Shown piece by piece: positions 10,005 through 18,515 of a stretch of 64,000 nt of DNA. Below the pieces are notes generated by a model. The model made no database searches. It was given only the letters and a program-made list of their open reading frames with translations, and was not told the origin of the DNA. Where the stretch lies: positions 48,051 through 112,050 of the forward strand of contig CAYMWF010000002.1 in assembly GCA_964394085.1 (NCBI GenBank), read 5' to 3'. Numbering within the stretch: the stretch's first letter is position 1; every line of letters starts with the position of its first letter. The translations under genes and the position numbers were made by a program. The DNA comes from an uncultured Gemmatimonadota bacterium. GTDB taxonomy: Bacteria > GCA-2686955 > CAYMWF01.

Positions 10005-10913
10005 TTACTGAATAATATAGGCCAGGGCAAATAACACCTGTGCAATAATCAACATAAAATACATGCTCCACCAAGAGGGATGATTTCCATCTCCAGCTAA
10101 TCCGGAAGGGTTCTTAAGAAGAATTAAAGCTGTTATACATCCCCAGAAACTGAGAAAAAACCCCGAAAATGTGAGGATTAGCTTATTCCCTGTGAGAAGT
10201 GGCTCAGCAGGCAGTAGGACAATAATAGGCACCAGGACAAACGGGAAAACTAAAAAGGGGGTGATAACCAGGACGCTGCGCCTGATGCCAAGTACTGCAG
10301 GTATGGTCCTGCAGCCAAATCGACGATCTCCCTCGATATCTGCGATATCTTTTGTAGAAGCAGCACCCAGGACAAAAAGACCGAGCACAATCCCCAACAG
10401 CCATGGTTCCGGATCCATAAATGGGAGAACACCTTGCCATCCGTCAGCGAGTTCGAACCTTGCTGATGCCCAGCCTGCAACCAGAAGCAGGCATCCACGT
10501 GGTAAGGCTATTGCAAAATTTGAAACTATAAAGAGTCTTTTCAGCCTTAACGGCGGCATTGAATATGCAGCGGTGATCAACGCGGTGACAATTACAATTG
10601 CGAAGAAGTAAACATTCACTACCGCTGCCAACAGGATGCTGGCAAGATACAAAATAACCGAAAATACTATAGCTTTGGAAATAGAAATCTTTCCGGCAGG
10701 AATCGGTCGATCAGGTTTATTGATCAGGTCGATTTGCCTATCGAATACTTGGTTGATTACATTTGATGCCGCATTAAGAAGTGATGCAGCCAAAGTGCCG
10801 AGGAAAGAAACCGCTGGAGGAATTCCGCCAGCACCGATAGCCGCTCCTGCCAGGAAACCGACAAGCGGTGCTATAAGTGTAAAGGGTCTTGTGAGTTGAA
10901 TGTACTCCTTCAC
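10005..10913 (-). CDS. UbiA-family aromatic/polyprenyl prenyltransferase, DGGGPS/ChlG-like subfamily
   Basis: NQVFDRQIDLINKPDRPIPAGKIS (NxxxDxxxD...INxPxRPIPxG) and a second Asp motif KDIADIEGDRRFG. Nine-TM style hydrophobicity. It overlaps the upstream membrane-protein gene by 4 nt. Confidence 0.7.
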   Translation of the reverse strand: MKEYIQLTRPFTLIAPLVGFLAGAAIGAGGIPPAVSFLGTLAASLLNAASNVINQVFDRQIDLINKPDRPIPAGKISISKAIVFSVILYLASILLAAVVNVYFFAIVIVTALITAAYSMPPLRLKRLFIVSNFAIALPRGCLLLVAGWASARFELADGWQGVLPFMDPEPWLLGIVLGLFVLGAASTKDIADIEGDRRFGCRTIPAVLGIRRSVLVITPFLVFPFVLVPIIVLLPAEPLLTGNKLILTFSGFFLSFWGCITALILLKNPSGLAGDGNHPSWWSMYFMLIIAQVLFALAYIIQ

Positions 10914-12370
10914 GGAAATGCCATCCTGATCACGATTCCAAGGATTATGATTCCTAGTGTTTCGACAAGTGTTTCCCTGGTTGCCGGAAGAGGTGCGATG
11001 ATATTAAAGTATCTCATTGCAAGCCTTAGGAACAAAATCGAAGATGGAATCAATATGAATTCACTGAATCCGGAGATTAAGCCGAGGATGGCAGCAACGG
11101 TTGTAATCACGAGAGCCCCGGCTAATGAACCCCCTTGTTCCTCCAATACGATTATACCTTGGTCGGATCCGACAGCCTGGGAGTCGACAATCTTCAAATC
11201 AGATAACGAGAAATTTGAATGACCTAGGAATCCGGCGACAAGATCTCCCGATATCCTGCTGGCACCAACGGCAATGGCAAGTACCGATGCAAACTGAAAT
11301 AGGACACGCCCGGCGGGAAGGGTGGTGTTTTGATTGTCAATTCCTGCGGCAAGAGCAAGAAAGGCGCAAATTACAGCGACTACACTGGATGTCCGCAGAT
11401 TGTTCTCCATTTTTTTGCTATCATAAAACCTGTATCTACCTGGAACATTTTCCTTTATATCTTCGTCATTCTCCGAACGAGATATAGCAGCCTTCGGATC
11501 CAGTCGGTATTTCTCCTGTCTCTTAATCGAGAAAATCGATACTATACTGAAAGATAGAAACAGGACGAACAACCTCCAAGACCCGAAATATCCAGCACAT
11601 CCCGAACAGACCACCCAAAACGATATACTTTTCCCGGCCAACCGCCACTTGTGACCAAGTGGCCACCATAGAGCAGTCGAAAACATGAACCATCCGATCC
11701 AGGTCTTCCCTTTTTCGTAAAGGTTTTCAGCAAGAACTGAATATTCCATAAGATAGAGAGCATAGAGGAAAAGTCCTATCAATAGAGGGCGGATATAATC
11801 TTCTTCGATCCTGACATTTTCGCGACAACTCGCATAAGTATATGCAATAGCTGCAGGTACGACAACCAAGAGATGCTCAGCCGAAGGGATGCTTCCCCTT
11901 GAAATCCAATAAGCGGCAATAACCGATGAGGTTGCACCGAGGGTAAAATGGAACCCCATCATAAGGCGGCTGAAGTTTGCTTCATCCAATTGGAGTGTGT
12001 TTGTTTTTTCCGCAAGCAGGCGAACCAACAATGCTCCACCATCCGCAACTGCAAGCATACACCAGACGGCACCTGCCACATGCAGCATCCCCCCAAGTTT
12101 TCCGAATAACGCGATACTGAACAGAACCGTCATCGGATAAGAAACCAGACTACGGAATCTTGGACCATCAGAAGAAACTCCGGGTATGGCGGGAACTACA
12201 ATTAGTACAAATAAAGTAAGTGATGTCGCAATGACAATAGCCATGTATAAACTGGTCCAGCGAAGAAACAAAACAGGCAGAACTGTAGCAATACGAATCA
12301 ATGCGAGATAGATGTCGCCGTCCATTTTGAGACTGTCTGCTGGTCTTATAGTTTCCGGGCTTCTCTTCAT
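10910..12370 (-). CDS. Large polytopic membrane protein (two membrane domains separated by a charged linker), unknown function
   Basis: 486 aa. Translationally coupled to the UbiA-family gene (4-nt overlap). The start codon is uncertain. Confidence 0.4.
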   Translation of the reverse strand: MKRSPETIRPADSLKMDGDIYLALIRIATVLPVLFLRWTSLYMAIVIATSLTLFVLIVVPAIPGVSSDGPRFRSLVSYPMTVLFSIALFGKLGGMLHVAGAVWCMLAVADGGALLVRLLAEKTNTLQLDEANFSRLMMGFHFTLGATSSVIAAYWISRGSIPSAEHLLVVVPAAIAYTYASCRENVRIEEDYIRPLLIGLFLYALYLMEYSVLAENLYEKGKTWIGWFMFSTALWWPLGHKWRLAGKSISFWVVCSGCAGYFGSWRLFVLFLSFSIVSIFSIKRQEKYRLDPKAAISRSENDEDIKENVPGRYRFYDSKKMENNLRTSSVVAVICAFLALAAGIDNQNTTLPAGRVLFQFASVLAIAVGASRISGDLVAGFLGHSNFSLSDLKIVDSQAVGSDQGIIVLEEQGGSLAGALVITTVAAILGLISGFSEFILIPSSILFLRLAMRYFNIIAPLPATRETLVETLGIIILGIVIRMAFP

Positions 12371-12492
12371 TATCCAGAATTCCCTTACAGCCCTCAGGAT
12401 TCAATATGATATAAAAATCTTAACACGACGACGGATTCTGATGCTCCCGTCACGAAATAATGCACTTATGTCCCAAAACTTTGAAAAAACCA

Positions 12493-13161
12493 TTAAATGC
12501 CGGGATCATAGAAGAGCGAGCAGGACAAGATACTTGTCAGGAACCCCGTCCTATCCATTAATCTTGCGTAAACGGGGTAATAACCGGTCGTGGAACAAGG
12601 AAGCGCATAATCCACCGAATCATGAAACGGAATCCAGTCGGTTGAATCCACAAGCGATTCAATCGATGTCAATCTTATAAATTCCATTTCTTCAGGACCA
12701 TCCAAAGCAAACTCGACCTGAGGTGTTGAAACAATCGTATCACCATCGGCAGGATACAGCACATAACGGCCAGGTATCATTTTCTGCCCCTGTATGGGAG
12801 TCGTGGTCGAGCTTTCAATACCCGCTTCGCTTACAGAAGAAACGGCAGTATAACAAACGATCCCGGGCGAGAGGTTATTGAAGGTGAAGCTGTCAGCGCT
12901 TGTTGTGTCGGAATAAATCTGTGTTCGCTCATGATCCGCAAGAGCAACCAGGTAATGGCTGACAGGAGAAGCGGGAGGGCTCCAGGTGAGTTCCGCATTT
13001 TTTTCGCCCACAACAACAGTGAGGTCGACCGGAGGTTCTGGCGCATCGAACCTGTTCAACGGATCCGGCTCGGTGAAGCAACCGTAGAAAATCCCGCCGA
13101 ATACTGCGGAAAGAACGAAACCCGATATCACCTTGCTGAAGTTCACGTATCTATGCTTCAT
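12493..13161 (-). CDS. Secreted/lipoprotein with fibronectin-III-like domain
   Basis: N-terminal hydrophobic segment then ...FYGC. PPVDLTVVVGEKNAELTWSPP... is FN3-like. 4-nt overlap with the upstream gene. Confidence 0.4.
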   Translation of the reverse strand: MKHRYVNFSKVISGFVLSAVFGGIFYGCFTEPDPLNRFDAPEPPVDLTVVVGEKNAELTWSPPASPVSHYLVALADHERTQIYSDTTSADSFTFNNLSPGIVCYTAVSSVSEAGIESSTTTPIQGQKMIPGRYVLYPADGDTIVSTPQVEFALDGPEEMEFIRLTSIESLVDSTDWIPFHDSVDYALPCSTTGYYPVYARLMDRTGFLTSILSCSLFYDPGI

Positions 13162-13862
13162 TTCATGCTCACTTTGTAGCTGAGAATTAAACCATCACAG
13201 GTACTGACGGGCGCCAGGGATAGTTCTTCCTCCCCGGGGAAAAGAGCTGTTTCATATGCAGGGAATTGAATCAATGCATCCAGCACATTAAAGACCCAGC
13301 ACACCCCAAGAGTCCAACCCGTGGCAACATAGATATCATACGCGTTATTCGCTCGATTCCACGCATCCTCCGTGTCATCAACAGCATCTTCGAGATCCTC
13401 CCGGGCGGAAAGATATTGCCATGCTGACAATCCGTGACCGGCAGCCGCAGCAACATTTGTCCAGAATACAAAGGTACCCCAAGTTGGCTGGTCGTTATAC
13501 TTCTGTCCCCATCCCGGAATGATAAGCGAACGGGCGGCAGCTCCTATTCGGTGCTTCGGCCGAGGATCCAGTGTAATCGATTCCGCGCCGTTACTTTGCA
13601 GATAGATACTTTTGCGAGCTGACGTATATCCCGATTGGAGAACTTTTATTTTATATTTCCCGACAGGAAGGCCGTTGCCGGTGAATGGCGTTATTCCCGA
13701 GACACGTACCGGGCCTTCAAGCAGAACTTTGAATCCGGGATGATCGGTTTGCACCTGAATACTTCCCGATCGGTTCTCATTGCAATTTGTCGCCGAGACT
13801 TCTGCATGAGCGGCGACAGCAACAAGCCAAGCCGAAAGAACCATGCTGATTACAAATTTCAT
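13158..13862 (-). CDS. Secreted protein with PEGA-like beta domain
   Basis: Start moved to the ATG at 13860-13862 with an AAAGGAG RBS, giving signal peptide MKFVISMVLSAWLVAVAAHA. GITPFTGNGLPVGKYKIKVLQSGYTS is PEGA-like. Confidence 0.45.
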   Translation of the reverse strand: MKFVISMVLSAWLVAVAAHAEVSATNCNENRSGSIQVQTDHPGFKVLLEGPVRVSGITPFTGNGLPVGKYKIKVLQSGYTSARKSIYLQSNGAESITLDPRPKHRIGAAARSLIIPGWGQKYNDQPTWGTFVFWTNVAAAAGHGLSAWQYLSAREDLEDAVDDTEDAWNRANNAYDIYVATGWTLGVCWVFNVLDALIQFPAYETALFPGEEELSLAPVSTCDGLILSYKVSMK

Positions 13863-14069
13863 ACAGGCTCCTTTATGCCCCGTTCCCGATGTGCTTCGAG
13901 CTGGAAAAGCATTCGACATCAATGTATAGCTTACTGTAAAGACTGATACTATCCCCCGTCCCTTTTGCTATTAACCGCCGCGATAAACCTCGCATCCGAA
14001 TTCATCTTAAAGTTTAGTTCAGTATCGATATTTGTCAAGTTGCATTTAAATCAGCGTCAACCAACCTAT

Positions 14070-14663
14070 TTACCCTATTCCCCGGGTATCCCCGCTACTC
14101 CCTGAAAGCCAATTGATCATTTTATACCGTTCTTTGAATAAGATAACCGCCGCCGCGGTCGTTTGCGGGAAAACTACTGATAGAGGGATATCATAGTTCC
14201 ACAATGCAGTCCAGCACATCCCGGCAATTGCAAATACCACCGCCGCGAGTATACGCAGCACGACATGATCGACTTTTATCTTGAAACCGATCGCATAGAC
14301 AATAATACCTGAGGCTACCCCAACGGGCGCGAACGGAAGAAAAGCTCCTGCCCCAAAGGCAAGTCTGGTCCGAGGATTTCCAGAAAAGGATCCAATCGTA
14401 GTTATTAAACATCCTATCCAGGATCCCAATACTGGTAACTCCCAGGTTATCACCAACCAGCGATAGAGTAATTGCGAAACGAAAGCTCCTGCAATAAGAC
14501 AGAATATGGATCGAGCCAGCGCATGTCGCAAAATCAGACGCTTTTGCAGGTTTTCGGAAACCTTATTTGAAAAATCTGCTCCTGATACTCTGCGCAAGCC
14601 GATTTTCAGTACATTCTGCCGAATCACTTCTGACAAATTCGACCCTCCAATTATTGTCTTCAC
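14070..14663 (-). CDS. Membrane protein, unknown function
   Basis: Hydrophobic helices. Its start overlaps the der stop by 4 nt. Confidence 0.4.
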   Translation of the reverse strand: MKTIIGGSNLSEVIRQNVLKIGLRRVSGADFSNKVSENLQKRLILRHALARSIFCLIAGAFVSQLLYRWLVITWELPVLGSWIGCLITTIGSFSGNPRTRLAFGAGAFLPFAPVGVASGIIVYAIGFKIKVDHVVLRILAAVVFAIAGMCWTALWNYDIPLSVVFPQTTAAAVILFKERYKMINWLSGSSGDTRGIG

Positions 14664-15976
14664 TTCGCCCGTTTGCGAAAAAGGAGAACTATTGGGTTAC
14701 CTTCAAAACCATACTCTGAGCGGATCCTGTTTGATAAATATCTCCGATAGTGTGTCGGCAGGGACTGCTTCGAGTTCGTAAACAAAGTAAAACATGGCGG
14801 TGATTGCCCCGTTTGCGCACAGTATAATATTCTGGTCTCCCTTCCTTTCTGGAACGGAGGAGGTCTTTCTTCAGAGATACGTTTCACAAACTTGTTTATT
14901 TCTCCTGTTGGAACTCGTTTTACGCCCGCTTCAAAAACGTCTTGTGCTGTATCCAGGAGCTTTACGACTCTCTGACCCGTCTTCGCTGATATGAATATAA
15001 TCGGAGCAAATTTCAAAAACCGTAATTTCGCATAAATCGTGTTCTGGTATCTATCCAGAGTCCTTTCATCCTTGGTGACGAGATCCCATTTGTTTGCAGC
15101 AATTATTACTCCCTTTCCGGCATCCAGAGCGAGTCGGCCAATCCACAGATCATGCGTCGAGATTTCGCTGGAAACATCAATAACCAAAATAGCAATATCG
15201 CACCTGTCCAAAGCTCTTAGACTCCGCAGGTGAGAGTAGAAACCAACTCCATCTTCGGTTCTATCCTTCCGTCGCAACCCCGCAGTGTCCACCAGAGTGA
15301 ACACTTTCCCTTGCCGTTTCACCAAGGTATCTATGGCATCCCTGGTTGTACCCGCCTTGGGTGAAGTAAGAACGACATCTTTTCCGACAAGGAGATTCAC
15401 AATAGAAGATTTCCCGACATTCGTTTTCCCGACGACTGCTAACCGCAATCCGGCGGTTCTCTCGCGACCGGAAGTTCTCTCAGGCAATTTATCAACTAAT
15501 ACATCAAGGAAATCACCTATGTTCCTTCCGAACATAGCGGATACAGGAAATGGCTCTCCGAAACCCAGTTTGAAAAAATTGAAAACCTCATGATCAAAAC
15601 CGGCGTGGTCAGCCTTATTGAGAATGGGAACAATAGTAAAATTCGTTTTCCTCAGATTCGATGCAATCATGAGATCGAGATCTGTTATTCCGGTTTTTGC
15701 ATCGACGACAAAAAGCAGGATGTCTGATTCAGTTATTGCATACTCGACCTGCAGGTTTACTAGGGTATCAATGCCTTCTGCTTCTACCGGCTTATACCCT
15801 CCGGTATCTACCAGGATAAAAGACTTCCCCTCCCATTCGGCTATTTTACAGTTCCTGTCGCGGGTCGATCCAGGCTTCTCATCCGTTATTGCATCTTTTG
15901 TACGAAGCAACCGATTGAACAGCGAGGATTTCCCAACGTTCGGCCTGCCAACTATCGAAACTACCGGAAGGGGCAT
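14660..15976 (-). CDS. der: Ribosome-biogenesis GTPase Der (EngA), tandem GTPase domains
   Basis: Two P-loops, VVSIVGRPNVGKSSLFN and RLAVVGKTNVGKSSIVN. Start chosen at the ATG at 15976 with an AAGGAG RBS; the track ORF begins 36 nt upstream. Confidence 0.85.
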   Translation of the reverse strand: MPLPVVSIVGRPNVGKSSLFNRLLRTKDAITDEKPGSTRDRNCKIAEWEGKSFILVDTGGYKPVEAEGIDTLVNLQVEYAITESDILLFVVDAKTGITDLDLMIASNLRKTNFTIVPILNKADHAGFDHEVFNFFKLGFGEPFPVSAMFGRNIGDFLDVLVDKLPERTSGRERTAGLRLAVVGKTNVGKSSIVNLLVGKDVVLTSPKAGTTRDAIDTLVKRQGKVFTLVDTAGLRRKDRTEDGVGFYSHLRSLRALDRCDIAILVIDVSSEISTHDLWIGRLALDAGKGVIIAANKWDLVTKDERTLDRYQNTIYAKLRFLKFAPIIFISAKTGQRVVKLLDTAQDVFEAGVKRVPTGEINKFVKRISEERPPPFQKGRETRILYCAQTGQSPPCFTLFTNSKQSLPTHYRRYLSNRIRSEYGFEGNPIVLLFRKRAK

Positions 15977-15977
15977 C

Positions 15978-17387
15978 TTATTCTCCTTCGATGAAATGAT
16001 CGAATCCACCATCCAGAAGTAAAGAACTTAAAATGCGGGCTAATTCCGCCGGATGCTGCGGAGCGATGACACAAGGCGTTCCCGTTGCATTTATTATATC
16101 AATGAGGGTCAGGCCGTCCAATGTTTCACCATCGTCATTCAGTAAATCCGGCGGTAGAACCGCAAAGCGGGACCTTATCGTCTCATCGCTTTTCCCGCCA
16201 CTCTCCGGCCTTGAATCCTCTTCAATGCTTTTATTAATTTCTCGGATTACGTCGCCCCCTCCAAGGAGAGATGCGACACTGATCGATGAACCTAGAAATT
16301 CATTCTCTGCGGCAATTGTTTCTACTTTCATCCTGTTGCTAAGGCGAGAAATGCTTTCCCCGAAGGCAGCAATAAAGGGAGCGGCTAGTTTGCCCGTCAG
16401 AAGGAACAAGAGAACTGAAGGATTCTTGCTTGTTTCACGACCGTATCCTAATTCACGTGAAGATCCGATCGCTTCACTCATTATAGCTTCAGCTTCCAGG
16501 AATATGCGTTCCCACCATCTGATCAGGCCAAGCCCGTTACCAAGCTGAGGATAATCACCATAATAGCTCTCTCGAGGTAACTCCCTCTCTGCGTGAATGT
16601 AAAATTCATCAGACGCCGCAACTCTTCGCTCCAAGGAAGGATTATTTCTATTGTGAGCGTCTATAACATCCAAAACTTCCCCGGAGATTTTCTTATCAAC
16701 AGGTTCAATGTGAAACAGCTTCTTCCTGAATTTGGTCAAACCTACCGGTACGACGCCGACGCTGGCTATCGAATTTCCCAGGCCTGCGAGCTCGTGAAGA
16801 GTTTTGTTTAATGCGGATCCGTCATTCAGACCCGGACAGATAACAGTCTGCAGGTGCAATGTTATGCCGTTAGAAGCGAATCGAGTGAGCAGCGGAAGTA
16901 TTGGGGCTGGGCTTTTTTTCCCGAACAACCTTCCCCGTACTGCCGGATCTGTTGAATGAACGGAGATATAGAGAGGCGATAACCTGAGCTGCAGGATCCG
17001 CTCAATGTCGATTTCGGAGAGATTTTCACCGGTAATGAAACACCCATCGAGAAATGAAAGTCGAAAATCATCATCCTTGATATAGAGATCTTTCCTCAGA
17101 CCTTTCGGCAACTGGCTTACGAAACAAAAAATACAATTCGAAGTGCACCTTCTGATTTCCATGGGTACAAAATCGATTCCCAGTGAGTCCCGGCTGGCTG
17201 TTTGTGCGAATACTTCCTTCAACTCACCAGAAGTGAATTCCAGGTAATTATCGCCTTGCTCGACATGGAACAGGAAATCAAGATGATCCGTAACCCGTTC
17301 ACCGTTTAATCTTATCAGCCTGTCTCCGCGTTTAATATCAGCTTTATAAGCCGGAGAATTCTTGATTACGTGAGAAATTTTCAACAT
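15978..17387 (-). CDS. PDZ-domain radical-SAM-like protein (DUF512 family)
   Basis: CTSNCIFCFVS is CxxxCxxC. A PDZ-like segment lies at the N-terminus. The track ORF N-terminus overlaps tRNA-Gly, so the start is set at the ATG at 17385-17387. Confidence 0.55.
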   Translation of the reverse strand: MLKISHVIKNSPAYKADIKRGDRLIRLNGERVTDHLDFLFHVEQGDNYLEFTSGELKEVFAQTASRDSLGIDFVPMEIRRCTSNCIFCFVSQLPKGLRKDLYIKDDDFRLSFLDGCFITGENLSEIDIERILQLRLSPLYISVHSTDPAVRGRLFGKKSPAPILPLLTRFASNGITLHLQTVICPGLNDGSALNKTLHELAGLGNSIASVGVVPVGLTKFRKKLFHIEPVDKKISGEVLDVIDAHNRNNPSLERRVAASDEFYIHAERELPRESYYGDYPQLGNGLGLIRWWERIFLEAEAIMSEAIGSSRELGYGRETSKNPSVLLFLLTGKLAAPFIAAFGESISRLSNRMKVETIAAENEFLGSSISVASLLGGGDVIREINKSIEEDSRPESGGKSDETIRSRFAVLPPDLLNDDGETLDGLTLIDIINATGTPCVIAPQHPAELARILSSLLLDGGFDHFIEGE

Positions 17388-17402
17388 GGTGGGTATATTC
17401 TC

Positions 17403-17479
17403 TGGAGCGGGCAACGGGACTCGAACCCGCGACAACTAGCTTGGGAAGCTAGAACTCTACCAACTGAGTTATGCCCGCC
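17403..17479 (-). tRNA. tRNA-Gly (anticodon CCC), CCA encoded
   Basis: Minus-strand read: GCGGGCA acceptor, D-arm ACTCAGTTGGTAGAGT, anticodon stem-loop CTAGC-TTCCCAA-GCTAG, T-arm GCGGGTTCGAGTCCCGT, 3' TGCCCGC-T-CCA. The acceptor stem is a perfect 7 bp. Confidence 0.85.
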
Positions 17480-17564
17480 CGAAACTTGAGATCCTATCCT
17501 AAACTCGAAGGGTAGTCAAGTGATTAAAGGTGTTCAGCCGCCCCGTACTATTCAAAAATTCAGA

Positions 17565-18515
17565 CTATTCAGATAGCTCAGAAGAAGAAGGTTCATTCTG
17601 GTTCAATTCAGCCTTATGATACATCTCGATGATCCGTTCAGCAGTGAGCCCGGGGGATTCCTGCTCAGGTACGTCTATCGGGACGCCACCATATTTTCTA
17701 AACCAGGTGAGTTGCCGCTTCGAGTATTGCTTCGTATGCAATTTTATTCTTGATATCGCTTCTTCCAGGGAAAGCCCGCCATTTATTTGCTGCAGCATTT
17801 CTTTATACCCGATCGTTTCCTTGACGATTCTCACCTGTCCGAACCCCCTCTTGATCAAATCAAGTGTTTCATCTCTCAGCCCATTTGAGATCATAATATC
17901 GACACGCTCATTGATTCGGTTGTTGAGATCATCTCGATCCCTCATAACTACTACATCGAAAATCTCGAATCGCCGAGGAAGAGCTTCGAGTCCCGGCAAC
18001 TTCTGGTCTTTTTCTGATTCTGCGACTTCAAGTAGCCGAGACAGTCTTCTGGTGTCTGCTTCATCTATTCTCGACAAGGCCCCCGGATATTTTTGAAGCA
18101 GGTGTTTACGAATCTCCTCCGGTTTCTGCGTCTCAAGCTTTCGTCGGATCTGGCCTCGTTTAACGCTGTTCGGCGCTTGAGCTGTTGTGAACTGATAAGT
18201 TAATCCATGTAAGTATAAACCGGAACCGCCTGTGACCAACACCGGTGTTCCTGCATTTTTCAGCTTATCGATGACTTTCACGGCCCTGCGGGCGAAGCTG
18301 CCTGCAGAAAGAGGTTGATCCGGATCTGCACAATCAATGAAGTGATGCTGTATGCTTTCCTGAACTGACAGTGATGGTTTAGCTGTTCCGATGTCCATGA
18401 AACGATAGAACTGGCGAGAATCGGCCGATATGATCTCAGCACCTAATCTGCTGGCGGCTTCTACGGCAATATCCGTTTTCCCGGAGGCTGTCGGGCCAGT
18501 TATCGCCAGGATCAT
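17565..18515 (-). CDS. miaA: tRNA dimethylallyltransferase
   Basis: ILAITGPTASGKTDIAVEAASRLGAEIISADSRQFYRFMDIGTAKP. Confidence 0.85.
   Translation of the reverse strand: MILAITGPTASGKTDIAVEAASRLGAEIISADSRQFYRFMDIGTAKPSLSVQESIQHHFIDCADPDQPLSAGSFARRAVKVIDKLKNAGTPVLVTGGSGLYLHGLTYQFTTAQAPNSVKRGQIRRKLETQKPEEIRKHLLQKYPGALSRIDEADTRRLSRLLEVAESEKDQKLPGLEALPRRFEIFDVVVMRDRDDLNNRINERVDIMISNGLRDETLDLIKRGFGQVRIVKETIGYKEMLQQINGGLSLEEAISRIKLHTKQYSKRQLTWFRKYGGVPIDVPEQESPGLTAERIIEMYHKAELNQNEPSSSELSE

Noticed and set aside
10171-10611. 146-aa plus-strand ORF and several minus-frame ORFs (10204-10498)
   Set aside because: All lie inside the UbiA-family gene, whose motifs validate that frame.
14070-14663. Possible PlsY because of a GSFSGNP motif next to der
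   Set aside because: The rest of the PlsY signature (GATNVLR...DxLKG) and the N-terminal TM-first topology are absent. Kept as a generic membrane protein.
16033-16548. 171-aa plus-strand ORF
   Set aside because: Antisense within the DUF512 gene. Ser/Arg-rich with no motif.
17388-17435. Extended N-terminus of the DUF512 ORF
   Set aside because: Overlaps tRNA-Gly on the same strand, so the start was moved to 17387.
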